A stretch of 62,435 bases of DNA, the filler included, from Thermodesulfobacteriota bacterium (GTDB lineage: Bacteria; DASVDK01), in assembly GCA_036381125.1 (NCBI GenBank). It is 8 parts of 8 records of this genome, joined end to end, with 100 filler letters (N's around TTAATTAATTAA, not from the genome) between each part and the next. Parts side by side here need not be neighbours in the genome. Positions count along the whole stretch, not along the records: positions 9,376 to 23,276 come from DASVDK010000213.1; positions 23,377 to 42,476 come from DASVDK010000214.1; 6 more parts are not named here. The stretch is one strand, 5' to 3'. A program made the translations under genes and the position numbers. A model generated the notes under the pieces. The model had not been told where the DNA came from and did not search any database. It saw only the letters and a program-made list of their open reading frames with translations. Shown piece by piece: positions 18,664-27,938 of this stretch (positions are counted from its first letter, which is position 1; each line of letters opens with the position of its first letter).

Positions 18664-19356
18664 GGCGAGGCTCCCCTTGCCGGCGCCGGGCACGGCCGGT
18701 CCCGCGACGGAACCGGGCCGGTTCGGCAGGGAACCAGTGTAGGCATCGCGGGAGGCCGGGTGCAAACGGGGGATCGACCGGAGGGCTCGAGGCGGACGAC
18801 CCTGCGGCCGCTTCGGAAGGCCGTCGTCCTGCGGGGCGAGGCGCCGGGGCGGTGGCGACGAGGAGTTCGCGCGTCTCGGAAGGCGGAAGGTCGCCGTGCA
18901 GCGTGCTCGCCTCGTCGAAGACCAGGACCGCCACGTTATCGGCGCTGGCGACGTCGCACACGTCCCGCGCGGTCTCCGCAGAGATGCTCCCGGCGTCACC
19001 GGTCGGGAACGTGAGAGGCCTGGGCGGCTCGACGTTGCCAACCGCCTGTCCGGCTGGCTCGAAAACGAGCGCGTGCCTCCAGTGCATCTCCGCACCTTCG
19101 CCCGAGGCGCCGCAGGGACTAGGGACTGACGGAGAGCCGCGGCCGCAGGCGGTCATCACGGGACTCACGCTATGGCCAGCGCGCCTCGGACTGCCGCGGT
19201 GGGACTGCTGCGGCGTGGCGAGCGGCGCGGGACCGCCGTGGTGCAGAGACCGGTCGACGGCCAGTGCTCGCCCGGTGGACGCCCGTGAGGAGCGACCGGT
19301 CGGTGTGGCGTGGACCGAGGGCCGGCCGTTGCACGACCGGGCAAGGCGGCCGCGCC

Positions 19357-19365
19357 TGGTATACT
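19357..19365 (+). promoter_or_regulatory. Extended -10 promoter of tRNA-Arg
   Basis: TG-G-TATACT, 8 nt upstream of the tRNA. Confidence 0.55.
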
Positions 19366-19373
19366 CCGATCGC

Positions 19374-19450
19374 GCGCCCGTAGCTCAGCTGGATAGAGCA
19401 CCAGGCTTCGAACCTGGGGGCCGGGGGTTCGAGCCCCTCCGGGCGCGCCA
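19374..19450 (+). tRNA. tRNA-Arg (TCG)
   Basis: Acceptor GCGCCCG/CGGGCGC; anticodon arm CCAGG-CTTCGAA-CCTGG; T-loop GTTCGAGC; 3' CCA. Confidence 0.95.
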
Positions 19451-19722
19451 CTCACGCCTGTGCGATCTCGGACCGGATGGCGCTAGCGGCCTCGGGCCCA
19501 GGCCCGACGCCCCCCTGCCCGCCGGCAGGTCCCCACGTCGAGCTGCCGCTCCTCCCTCCTCGCGGCGCCGTTGCCGCGACCGCGGCGAAGCGCGTGTTCC
19601 GGACGGCCAGCGTCAGAGCCGGTGCCGCAGAGTGTCACCGGCCGTGACCGGGCTGCGGGTCCATGATCGGAACCCTGCGCGGAGCATGGCGAAATCCGAT
19701 GCCGCGCGGCCGGGACGCCCGG

Positions 19723-19738
19723 CGGCACGTCGGTTGCT
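19723..19738 (+). promoter_or_regulatory. sigma54 (-24/-12) promoter of the RR-GAF-Hpt operon
   Basis: CGGCACG-TCGG-TTGCT. Confidence 0.65.
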
Positions 19739-19783
19739 AGGAGGACGGGCGCTCCCATACCCGCCGACCGCGCGAGGGGCCCG

Positions 19784-20155
19784 ATGACGCGCAAGAAGAT
19801 CCTCCTGGTGGACGATGCCGAGACGGTCCTGCTCGTCGAGCGGATGGCGCTCGGCAAGGAGCCGTACGAGCTGGTGACGGCGAAGGACGGCGCCGAGGCG
19901 ATCGCGAAGGCGACCGTCATGCGGCCCGATCTGATCCTCATGGACGTCGTCATGCCGAAGATGAACGGCTTCGAGGCGTGCCGGCGGCTCCGGGAATCGG
20001 AGGCGACGAAGGACATCCCGATCGTCCTCGTCACGACCCGCGCGGAGGCCGAGAGCATGCAGACCGGCTTCGAGAGCGGGTGCACCGACTACCTCACCAA
20101 GCCGATCAACGGGGCGGAGCTCCTCGCCAAGGTCAAGCAGTACCTCGGGCAATGA
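19784..20155 (+). CDS. Single-domain response regulator
   Basis: ILLVDD; LILMDVVMP; YLTKP. Confidence 0.93.
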   Translation: MTRKKILLVDDAETVLLVERMALGKEPYELVTAKDGAEAIAKATVMRPDLILMDVVMPKMNGFEACRRLRESEATKDIPIVLVTTRAEAESMQTGFESGCTDYLTKPINGAELLAKVKQYLGQ

Positions 20156-20925
20156 GTCGGCCCGACGACGGCGCGGCTGCCTACGCCCAGAGGGTCCACG
20201 AGAGCACCTGGCGCTTCGCGCAGGAGCTGCTGGCCGAGAACGAGCGGCTGCGCGCGGCGGTCGCCCTCCTCGAGAGCGACAAGGGGCTCCTCGAGGAGCG
20301 GCTCCGCTCGACTCGCGCCCTGCTCGAGCAGCACGAGCAGGCGCGTGCCCAGTTGCAGGAGCGGCTCGGGAAGATCGAGGCCGACAGCGGCCGGCTCGCG
20401 GCGCAGTGCGAGCAGCTCGAGCAGCAGAACTGGATCCAGCTCAACCTCTACGTCGCGAGCTATCGGCTCAACGGAACGCTCGACCGCGACGAGCTCGTGC
20501 GGACCATCCAGGAGATCATCGCCAACCTGATCGGCTCCGAGGAGGCGGCGATCTTCGAGCTGGACCGCGACCGCGGCCTCCTGCGGCTCGTCGCGTCGTT
20601 CGGCGTCGACGCGTCGGGCCTCGATCGGATCCCGCTCGGCGAGGGCGTCATCGGGAAGGCCGTGCTCGACGGGGAGACCTACGTCGCGCCGTCCGCGGCG
20701 GGTGGGCGCCGGCCGGCCGCCGGCCGAGAGCCGACGGCGGTGATCCCGCTCAAGGTCGGGGGAACGGTGACCGGCGCGATCGTCATCTTCCGGCTCCTCC
20801 CGCAGAAGGCGGGCCTCGAAGCGGTCGACCGGGAGCTGTTCGCCGTGCTGGGGACCCACGCGGCAATGGCCCTCTACTGCACGCGGCTGCACGCCCGAGC
20901 GGTAGCGGCGGGGGGCGGCCTGTGA
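20152..20925 (+). CDS. Coiled-coil plus GAF domain protein
   Basis: Heptad-rich N-terminus; LGEGVIGKAV; VIPLKVGG; ATGA coupling to the response regulator. Confidence 0.8.
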   Translation: MSRPDDGAAAYAQRVHESTWRFAQELLAENERLRAAVALLESDKGLLEERLRSTRALLEQHEQARAQLQERLGKIEADSGRLAAQCEQLEQQNWIQLNLYVASYRLNGTLDRDELVRTIQEIIANLIGSEEAAIFELDRDRGLLRLVASFGVDASGLDRIPLGEGVIGKAVLDGETYVAPSAAGGRRPAAGREPTAVIPLKVGGTVTGAIVIFRLLPQKAGLEAVDRELFAVLGTHAAMALYCTRLHARAVAAGGGL

Positions 20926-20958
20926 TCGGGCGGCCGCGGATACCCTAGGAGGACCGAC

Positions 20959-21366
20959 GTGGGCATCGACCGCGAGGCGGTCATCCGCACGTACCTCGCG
21001 GAGGCCGATGGGCAGCTCGGGCAGATCGAGGAGGGGCTCCGCGCGCTCGAGGCGCGGCCGGACGACGCGGGCCGGCTCGAGACGATCTGCCGGGCCGTCC
21101 ACACGCTCAAGGGCACCTCGGCCATGCTCGAGTTCCACCGCGTCGCCGAGTTCGCCCGCGCCGTCGAGGAGGTGCTCGAGCGGCTCGGCGCCGGGACGCT
21201 CGGGGCACGCGACGGGCTCGTGCCGCTCCTCCTCTCGGCGGTCGACGCGCTTCGTGAGTTCGTTCCCGAGGCCGCGGCCGGCGTCCGGGAGTTCCGGCCG
21301 GAGCACGAGGCTCTCCTGCGTCGGCTCGCGGCCGTCGGGGCGGAGGAGACCCCCGGCCCGACGTGA
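20959..21366 (+). CDS. Stand-alone Hpt (CheA P1-like) protein
   Basis: YLAEADGQLGQIEEGL; RAVHTLKG phospho-His motif; AGGAGG RBS. Confidence 0.85.
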   Translation: MGIDREAVIRTYLAEADGQLGQIEEGLRALEARPDDAGRLETICRAVHTLKGTSAMLEFHRVAEFARAVEEVLERLGAGTLGARDGLVPLLLSAVDALREFVPEAAAGVREFRPEHEALLRRLAAVGAEETPGPT

Positions 21367-21370
21367 GGCC

Positions 21371-22102
21371 TCACCGCCGCGACCGCCGGCGCGCGGACGC
21401 CCGTGCGGCGAGCCGCCTTTCCAGATCGAGCGCGTGCGGCAGCGGGAGATCGAGGCCGTCTCGGACCGCGGCCTTCGCGGCCCGCACCGCCTCCCCGGGG
21501 AGCGCGGCCACGGTCCGGGCGAGTGCGAGGGCCGCAGGGACGAGCGCGTCGATCGGCACGACGCGGTTGACCAGGCCGACGGCGAGGGCGGTACCCGCGT
21601 CGACTCGTTTCCCGGTCAGGAGCATCTCGACCGCGGGGCCCCTGGGGATCGCCCGGATGAGCGTCTGCGTCCCGCCCCCGGCCGGGATCAGCCCGAGACC
21701 CGTCTCCGGCAGGCCGAGGGTGGTGCCCTCCGCGGCCAGCCTGAGGTCGCAGAGGAGCGCGAGCTCGAGTCCGGCGCCGAGCGTCGGTCCGTGAAGCGCC
21801 GCGATCCCCGGCTTGTCGAGGCTCCGTAGCAGCTCCCAGTTGTCGCGCGCGTCACGCACCTCGCGCGCCGCGGTCACCGACGGGGCGGAGCCGAACTCGC
21901 CGAGGTCCGCGCCGGCGCAGAAGCAGCGGCCGGCTCCCGAGAGGACGAACGCGCCCACGTCCGGGTCGTCCCGCACGGCGGCGAGCACCTCGGACAGGTC
22001 ATCGCGCATCGCCATGTTGAGCGTGTTGAGCGCTTCGGGCCGGTTGAGCCGCACGTGCGCGACCCGACCCGCCTTCTCGAAGATCACCGTCCGGAAGCCC
22101 AC
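21371..22102 (-). CDS. Enoyl-CoA hydratase/isomerase
   Basis: LNRPEALN; FCAGADL; GAGLEL; LPETGLG (both catalytic Glu present). Confidence 0.9.
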   Translation of the reverse strand: MGFRTVIFEKAGRVAHVRLNRPEALNTLNMAMRDDLSEVLAAVRDDPDVGAFVLSGAGRCFCAGADLGEFGSAPSVTAAREVRDARDNWELLRSLDKPGIAALHGPTLGAGLELALLCDLRLAAEGTTLGLPETGLGLIPAGGGTQTLIRAIPRGPAVEMLLTGKRVDAGTALAVGLVNRVVPIDALVPAALALARTVAALPGEAVRAAKAAVRDGLDLPLPHALDLERRLAARASARRRSRR

Positions 22103-22106
22103 GCCT

Positions 22107-23276
22107 TCACCTCCCGTCGTCCCGTTCCGACAGCACGCGTGCCGTGTCGGCGCCGAGCGGCCGGGCGCCGTCGGTCCCGCGCCGGGGCGGCGCGTCGGCG
22201 ATCCGCCACGGCGGACCCGGGACGCGGAAGCGCCGGCCCGTCTCGTCCTCGACGGCCGCCCAGAACCCTCGCGCCTCGAGTAGTGGGTCGGCGCAGATGG
22301 CCGCGACGTCGCGGACCGGGGCTGCCGGAATTCCAACCGCGGCCAGACGGGCGGCGACCGCCTCGGCCGAGTGCCGGGCGAGCCAGGCGTCGAGCCGCGC
22401 CGCCCCCGAGCCTCGCCGCGGGGGCGGCAGGGAGCCGGCCGCTCCGGACGAGGCCTCGTCGGCGGCCGCGATCCGATCGAGCAGGCGGGTCTGCTGCGGC
22501 GTGCCGCAGGCGATCGCCACCCACGACCGTCCATGCTCGCACGCGAAGATCCCCGCCAGCGGGCCGCGAGCCGGGGCCCGGCGGCGCGGCGCCGGAGGGG
22601 CGGGGGCGTGGCGGAGCGAGGTGCGGGCCGCGTCGAGCAGCTCGTCGCCGATGGCCTGCAGCAGCGCCTCCCACTGGGACAGCTCGACGTCGGCGCCGCC
22701 GTGGCCGGCGGCGCGGCGGTAGAGGCCGGCGACCGACACGGCGGCGCCGAGCACGCCCGAGAGGGCATCGCTCACCGCGACCGCCGGCAGGCGCGGCTCG
22801 CCCCCGGCGCCGCCCTGGACGACGAGCCCGGCGAGCGCCTCGAGGGTCGCGCCGTAACCAACGTAGTCGCGATACGGCCCGCTCCTGCCGAAGGCGGGCA
22901 TCGACACGGTGACGACGTCGCGGTTCACGCGCCTGATTGCCGAGGCGAGGCCGAGGTTCCCCATGACGCGGGGGCTGAAGTTCTCGATGACGAGATCCGC
23001 ACGGGCGACGAGGCGGAGGAGGTCGGCCCGCCCCGCTTCCGTCGCGAGGTCGAGCGCCAGGTTGAGCTTCCCGTGGTTGAGTTCGTGGAAGAAGGGTGCG
23101 GCGGCGGCTCCGCGGCCCCGGATGCCGTCGGGCCGGCGCGGCCCTTCGACCTTCCAGATCGTCGCCCCGAGGTCGAGCAGCAGGCGGGTCGCGTATGGAC
23201 CCGCCCACATGGCCGTCAGGTCGACCACGCGCACCCCTCGCAACGGCAAGTCGCCGGGCGAGTCGCGGGCCCGGCC
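22107..23276 (-). CDS. Family III (CaiB/BaiF) CoA transferase, 5' truncated by contig end
   Basis: PLRGVRVVDLTAMWAGP; LNHGK; IENFSPRVM. Confidence 0.85.
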   Translation of the reverse strand, partial: GRARDSPGDLPLRGVRVVDLTAMWAGPYATRLLLDLGATIWKVEGPRRPDGIRGRGAAAAPFFHELNHGKLNLALDLATEAGRADLLRLVARADLVIENFSPRVMGNLGLASAIRRVNRDVVTVSMPAFGRSGPYRDYVGYGATLEALAGLVVQGGAGGEPRLPAVAVSDALSGVLGAAVSVAGLYRRAAGHGGADVELSQWEALLQAIGDELLDAARTSLRHAPAPPAPRRRAPARGPLAGIFACEHGRSWVAIACGTPQQTRLLDRIAAADEASSGAAGSLPPPRRGSGAARLDAWLARHSAEAVAARLAAVGIPAAPVRDVAAICADPLLEARGFWAAVEDETGRRFRVPGPPWRIADAPPRRGTDGARPLGADTARVLSERDDGR

Positions 23277-23376
23277 NNNNNNNNNNNNNNNNNNNNNNNN
23301 NNNNNNNNNNNNNNNNNNNNTTAATTAATTAANNNNNNNNNNNNNNNNNNNNNNNNNNNNNNNNNNNNNNNNNNNN
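23277..23376. other. Artificial contig linker
   Basis: N-run, TTAATTAATTAA, N-run. Confidence 0.98.
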
Positions 23377-23585
23377 GCCCAGGCCTCGTCCCCGGCCGAT
23401 CCCGGCCGCGCCGCCGAGACGAGCAGCAGCACGGCCAGGACGCCCATGGCCAGCGACAGCCAGAAGGGCAGGAAGCCGGAGCCGGGCCCGGTCTCGCTCC
23501 AGTACGGGTACTGCCGCCCGGCGACCCCGAACCCGACGGCGAAGAGGAGGAGCAGGATGCCGCCGATCCGATCGGCCCGGCTCAC
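23377..23585 (-). CDS. tctB: Tripartite tricarboxylate transporter small membrane subunit TctB (partial)
   Basis: GPGSGFLPFW motif; hydrophobic; directly downstream of tctC. Confidence 0.75.
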
Positions 23586-23597
23586 GGCGGCCCGCCC

Positions 23598-24572
23598 CTA
23601 CGGCTTGACCGCGCCCATGTCGATGAGCGCCTTGCGGTACTTCTCCCGGACCTGGTCGAGGTACGCGTTGGCCTCCTCGCCGGTCATGAAGACGGGGGTG
23701 AGGAGGTTCCTCTTGATGTAGCCCTTCTGCCACCGTTCCGTCTCGCTGACCTTGCGCAGCGCGTTCTGCCACCACGTGACCGCTTCCGGGCTCATGTCGG
23801 CCGGCCCGACCACGCCGCGCATCTGGTCCCAGAGGACGTCGTAGCCCAGCTCCTTGAAGGTCGGCACCTGGTTGGCGTCCGGCATCCGCTTCTCGGCGGC
23901 GACCGCAAGGAACCTCGCCTTGCCCGCCTCGATCTGCGCCTGGACCTCGTTGGGGTTCTCGACCGCCGCGTCGATGTGGCCGCCGAGGAGCGCGGCCGTG
24001 ACCTCGCCGCCCGAGTTGAACGGCACGTACTTCACCTTGATCCCGGTCGCCTTCTCCATCAGGTAGGTGAAGATGTGGTCCTCGGCGTTCGTGCTCGTGC
24101 CGCCGACGGAGAGGGTGTTCGGCTGCGACTTGGCCGCCTCGAGGAACTGCTGGATGGTCTGGTACTTCGAGTCGGAGCGGACCGCGAGCGTCAGCTCGTC
24201 GACCGCGACGATCGCGAGGATCGTCATGCCGTCGCGGTGGTCGCCGGGGACCCGCCCCTCGATCTTGCCCGACACGATCGTCGGCGTGGCGCCGGCGATG
24301 ACGTAGTCGTTCCCCTTCTTGCCGACGAGGTAGTTGTAGCCGACGGCGCCGCTGCCGCCGGCCCGGTTGACGACGTTGAGCGGCACGGGCGAGATCCGGT
24401 TCTCGTCCATGATGCCGGTGATGGTGCGCATCAGGTTGTCGGTGCCGCCGCCCGGCGCGTACGGGACGACGACCTCGATGGGGCGGGAGGGGTAGTCCGC
24501 GGCGGGGGCGTCCGTGACGGCGGCGAGGCCGAGAGCAGCGAGGGCGAGGGCGATGACGCGTGGCTTCGTCAT
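23598..24572 (-). CDS. tctC: Tripartite tricarboxylate transporter substrate-binding protein (TctC/Bug)
   Basis: YPSRPIEVVVPYAPGGGTD; NRAGGSG; VPTFKELG. Confidence 0.9.
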   Translation of the reverse strand: MTKPRVIALALAALGLAAVTDAPAADYPSRPIEVVVPYAPGGGTDNLMRTITGIMDENRISPVPLNVVNRAGGSGAVGYNYLVGKKGNDYVIAGATPTIVSGKIEGRVPGDHRDGMTILAIVAVDELTLAVRSDSKYQTIQQFLEAAKSQPNTLSVGGTSTNAEDHIFTYLMEKATGIKVKYVPFNSGGEVTAALLGGHIDAAVENPNEVQAQIEAGKARFLAVAAEKRMPDANQVPTFKELGYDVLWDQMRGVVGPADMSPEAVTWWQNALRKVSETERWQKGYIKRNLLTPVFMTGEEANAYLDQVREKYRKALIDMGAVKP

Positions 24573-24612
24573 GCGGGTGTCACCTCCGTTGGGGGGTCGT
24601 TCGACCGTGCGG

Positions 24613-25797
24613 TCAGGCGACGATGCCGGTGTCGAAGAGGTGCGCGCGCTCCGCCTTCCCGTAACCGAGTTCCTCCAGAATCGCGTCCGTGTGCTCCCCG
24701 AGCAGGGGCGCCGGCCGGTCGACCGCTCCCGGGGTCTCCGACAGCTTGACCGGCACCCCGAGCGCCTTGATCGGCCCGGCGCCGGGGTGGTCGAGGTCGA
24801 CCACCATCCGGCGCGCGAGGGCGTGCGGGTCGCTCAACGCTTCGGGGTAGGTGTTGATGGGGCCCGAGGGCACCCCCTCCCGCTCGAGGCGGGCGAGCCA
24901 GTACGCCCGCGGCCGGGTCGCGGTCGTCTTCTCGACCTCGGCGACCAGCTCGGCCCGGTGCGCGAGCCGCTCCTTGCGGCCCCGGAACCGCGCGTCCTCG
25001 AGGAGGTCGGGCCGGCCGATGCCGCGGGCGAAGCCCTCGAACAGCCTGTCGTTGTTGGCCCCCACCGTGAAGTACCCGTCCTCGGCGCGCAGAGCCTGGT
25101 AGGGCGCCGACAGCCGGTGCGCCGAGCCGAGCGGTCCCGGCACGCGGCCGGTCAGCCAGTACTCCGCCGACTCCCACACGGTCAGGGCCATGGCCGCCTC
25201 GAGCAGCGAGGTGTCGACGAACTGCCCCTCCCCGGTCCGCTCGCGGTACTCGAGCGCGCAGAGGACGCCGATGGCGCCGTAGAGGCCGGCGGCGAGGTCG
25301 CTGATGGGGATGCCCGCCTTGGCCGGCGGACCGTCCGGCTCGCCCGTGACGCTCATGATCCCGCTCATCCCCTGGGCGACGAGGTCGAAGCCGCCGCGCG
25401 CGGCGTACGGCCCGGTGGCACCGAATCCGCTGATGGCGCAGTAGACGAGACGGGGGTTCACGCGGCGCAGCGTCTCGTAGCCGACCCCCAGGCGGTCGAC
25501 GACGCCGGGCCGGTAGTTCTGGACGAGCACGTCCGATCGCGCCGCGAGGCGGTGGAGGACCTCGACCCCCTCGGGTCGCTTGAGATCGACCGCGAGGCTG
25601 CGCTTGTTGCGGTTGACGGCCAGGAAGGCCCCGCTGTGCCCGTTGCGCTGCACGACGCCGGGCCTGCGGCCCTCCTCGCCGCCGGGCGGCTCGACCTTGA
25701 CGACGTCGGCCCCCATGTCGGCGAGGTTCATCGTGCAGAACGGGCCGGCCATCGCCTGCGTGAGATCGACGACCCGGATGCCCTCGAGCGGCTTCAT
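24613..25797 (-). CDS. Family III CoA transferase
   Basis: PLEGIRVVDLTQAMAGP; NRNKRS; GFDLVAQGMSG; ISDLAAG. Confidence 0.92.
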   Translation of the reverse strand: MKPLEGIRVVDLTQAMAGPFCTMNLADMGADVVKVEPPGGEEGRRPGVVQRNGHSGAFLAVNRNKRSLAVDLKRPEGVEVLHRLAARSDVLVQNYRPGVVDRLGVGYETLRRVNPRLVYCAISGFGATGPYAARGGFDLVAQGMSGIMSVTGEPDGPPAKAGIPISDLAAGLYGAIGVLCALEYRERTGEGQFVDTSLLEAAMALTVWESAEYWLTGRVPGPLGSAHRLSAPYQALRAEDGYFTVGANNDRLFEGFARGIGRPDLLEDARFRGRKERLAHRAELVAEVEKTTATRPRAYWLARLEREGVPSGPINTYPEALSDPHALARRMVVDLDHPGAGPIKALGVPVKLSETPGAVDRPAPLLGEHTDAILEELGYGKAERAHLFDTGIVA

Positions 25798-25803
25798 CGC
25801 GGT

Positions 25804-26565
25804 CTACTCCCCCGTGAATCGCGCCGGTCGCTTCTCGAAGAACGCGGCGAGCGCCTCCCGGTGGTCGCGCGTCGCCTGGAGGGCGGCGAAGCGCGCCCGC
25901 TCCCGCGCGAGGGCGCCGGCGAGCGGCTCCGGACCGGCCGCCTCCAGCATCGCGGCCTTGTTCGCCCGGACCGCGAGCGGCGCGCGCTCGGCGACCACGC
26001 GTGCCACGGCCGCCGACTCGGCGAGGAGGTCGACGTCCGGGACGACGCGGGAGACGAGGCCGAGCTCGAGCGCCTCGTCCGCCGGCACCGTTCGCCCGGT
26101 GAGCAGGAGGTCGCGGGCGACCGTCTCGCCGGCGAGCCGGGTCAGGCGGGCGGTCGAGGCGATGAGCCCGACCTTGACGCCGACGCCGGCGAAGCGCGCC
26201 GATTCGCCCGCCACCCGGATGTCGCACGCCAGCGCCAGCTCGAAGCCTCCCCCGTACGCGTAGCCGCGCACCGCCGCGATCACGGCGCCCGGGTACCGCT
26301 CGATGCGCGAGAGGACCGCCTCGTCCGCCTCGAGGAAGGGCCGCACCGTCTCGCGCGTCAGCGTCTCCTCCTCCCGGAGGTCGGCGCCGGCCGAGAACGC
26401 CCGCTCCCCCGCCCCGGTGAGGACCACGGCTCGCACCCGTCTCGCCTCGCACTCGGCCAGGCCCGCGAGGAGCCCCGCCCGCACCGTGTCGGTGATGACG
26501 TTGAGCGGCGGGTTGTCGACGACGAGCGTGGCGACCGTCCCGTCGACCTCGACGCGGACCGTCAC
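25804..26565 (-). CDS. Crotonase-fold (enoyl-CoA hydratase/isomerase) protein
   Basis: FSAGADL; GGGFELALACD; DHREALAAFFEKRPARFTG. Confidence 0.9.
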   Translation of the reverse strand: MTVRVEVDGTVATLVVDNPPLNVITDTVRAGLLAGLAECEARRVRAVVLTGAGERAFSAGADLREEETLTRETVRPFLEADEAVLSRIERYPGAVIAAVRGYAYGGGFELALACDIRVAGESARFAGVGVKVGLIASTARLTRLAGETVARDLLLTGRTVPADEALELGLVSRVVPDVDLLAESAAVARVVAERAPLAVRANKAAMLEAAGPEPLAGALARERARFAALQATRDHREALAAFFEKRPARFTGE

Positions 26566-26569
26566 GGCG

Positions 26570-27088
26570 CTAGCCCCCCGCCCCGCGGAAGTTCCGGTGC
26601 CACAGCTCGAGGTAGGAGGCGGCGTTGTGGCGGATGTCGGCCAGCTCCTCCTCGCTCATCTGCCGGATCGGTTTGGCCGGCACCCCCATGACGAGCCACC
26701 CGGCCGGCACGACCTTGCCGGGCGGCACCAGCGCCCCGGCCCCCACCTGGGCACCGCGCTCGACGACCGCGCCGTTGAGGACGACGGCGCCGATGCCGAT
26801 GCGCGCGTCGTCGTGGACCGTCGCCCCGTGCACGACCGCGCCGTGGCCGATCGTGACGTTGTCCCCGATGATGCACGGGTTGTGGGGCGTGACGTGGAGG
26901 ACGGCCCCGTCCTGCACGTTCGAGTTCTTGCCGAGCCTGACGGGGCTCCCCTCGTCGCCGCGCAGGACCGCGCAGGGCCAGACGCTCGCCCCCGCCTCGA
27001 TGGTCACGTCCCCGATCACCTGGGCCGCCGGGTCCACGTAGGCCTCGGGATCGACCTTCGGGGTCCAGCCCTGCACGCTCCGGATCAT
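26570..27088 (-). CDS. Gamma carbonic anhydrase-like hexapeptide protein (CaiE/PaaY/YrdA-like)
   Basis: VIGDVTI; LRGD; NVQDGAVLH; IGHGAVVHG. Confidence 0.9.
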   Translation of the reverse strand: MIRSVQGWTPKVDPEAYVDPAAQVIGDVTIEAGASVWPCAVLRGDEGSPVRLGKNSNVQDGAVLHVTPHNPCIIGDNVTIGHGAVVHGATVHDDARIGIGAVVLNGAVVERGAQVGAGALVPPGKVVPAGWLVMGVPAKPIRQMSEEELADIRHNAASYLELWHRNFRGAGG

Positions 27089-27118
27089 CCGGCTGCCTCC
27101 CGCATCGCGCGCTCCTAT

Positions 27119-27254
27119 CAACGGCTCGCGGCCGCCGTCCGCTCCGGCCGGGGCAAGCCCGCGCTCCGCTCCTCGGCGCGCCTGCGGCGCGCCAACCGCC
27201 CGGTGGCCGCTCGCCTCACGGCGCGGCTGCCGCCGCGCCTTCGCCAACGGCTCG
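27119..27254 (-). repeat. Second full copy of the modular palindromic repeat seen at 9485-9617
   Basis: Near-identical conserved blocks with sequence-swapped hairpins. Confidence 0.85.
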
Positions 27255-27938
27255 GCGCTCCTGTGCCTCGGCCTCCTCGAGGGTCACGTCGAGCGCCCCG
27301 TTGATGAGCCGCTTCGTCGCGGCGACCGTGTCGGGGTCGAGCGCCGCCGCGCGAGCCGCCCACAGGCCGGCCTCGGCGAGGAGCCGCCCGGGCGGGACGA
27401 CCGCCGACAGGAGCCCCATCCGGTACGCCTCGCCCGCGTCGAGCGTGCGGCCGGTGAGGAGCGCGTCGCGCGCCCGTCCCTCCGGGAGGAGCCGCCTGAG
27501 CTGCACGTTCGACGCGATGAGCCCCACCTTGACCCCGACCGCGCCGAGCCGGGCCGCGGTCGACCCGATCCGCACGTCGCACCAGAGGGCGAGCGTGAGC
27601 CCGCCGCCCATGGCCCAGCCGTTCACCGCGGCGATCACCGGCCCTGCGAAGGCGCGGATGGCGTCGCCGACCGCCTCGGCCCGCCGCTGGAAGTCGCCGA
27701 CGGTCTCGGGGGCGAGGCCCGCCTCCTCGCGCAGGTCCGCCCCGCCGCAGAAGGCGCGCTCCCCGGCGCCGGTGACGACGACCGCCCGCACCCGGTCGCG
27801 CTCGAAGTGCTCGAACGCCTCGAGGATCCCGCCGCGGAGCGCGTCGGTCAGGACGTTCATCGGCGGGTTGTCGAGCACGACGTAACCGACCTCCCGCTCG
27901 ATCCGCCAGCACGCCTCGCCGCCGCCGCGCACGGTCAC
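27216..27938 (-). CDS. Crotonase-fold protein whose C-terminus is encoded by the repeat
   Basis: LDNPPMNVL; FCGGADL; GGGLTLALWCD. Confidence 0.85.
   Translation of the reverse strand: MTVRGGGEACWRIEREVGYVVLDNPPMNVLTDALRGGILEAFEHFERDRVRAVVVTGAGERAFCGGADLREEAGLAPETVGDFQRRAEAVGDAIRAFAGPVIAAVNGWAMGGGLTLALWCDVRIGSTAARLGAVGVKVGLIASNVQLRRLLPEGRARDALLTGRTLDAGEAYRMGLLSAVVPPGRLLAEAGLWAARAAALDPDTVAATKRLINGALDVTLEEAEAQERRAVGEGAAAAAP

Noticed and set aside
18664-18800. SAM riboswitch upstream of cbs
   Set aside because: No recognisable SAM-I or SAM-II core; only a candidate TTGCAC-N18-TACACT promoter
19451-23276. Integrative element at the tRNA-Arg or tRNA-His 3' end
   Set aside because: No integrase and no duplicated tRNA 3' end (att site) visible on the contig
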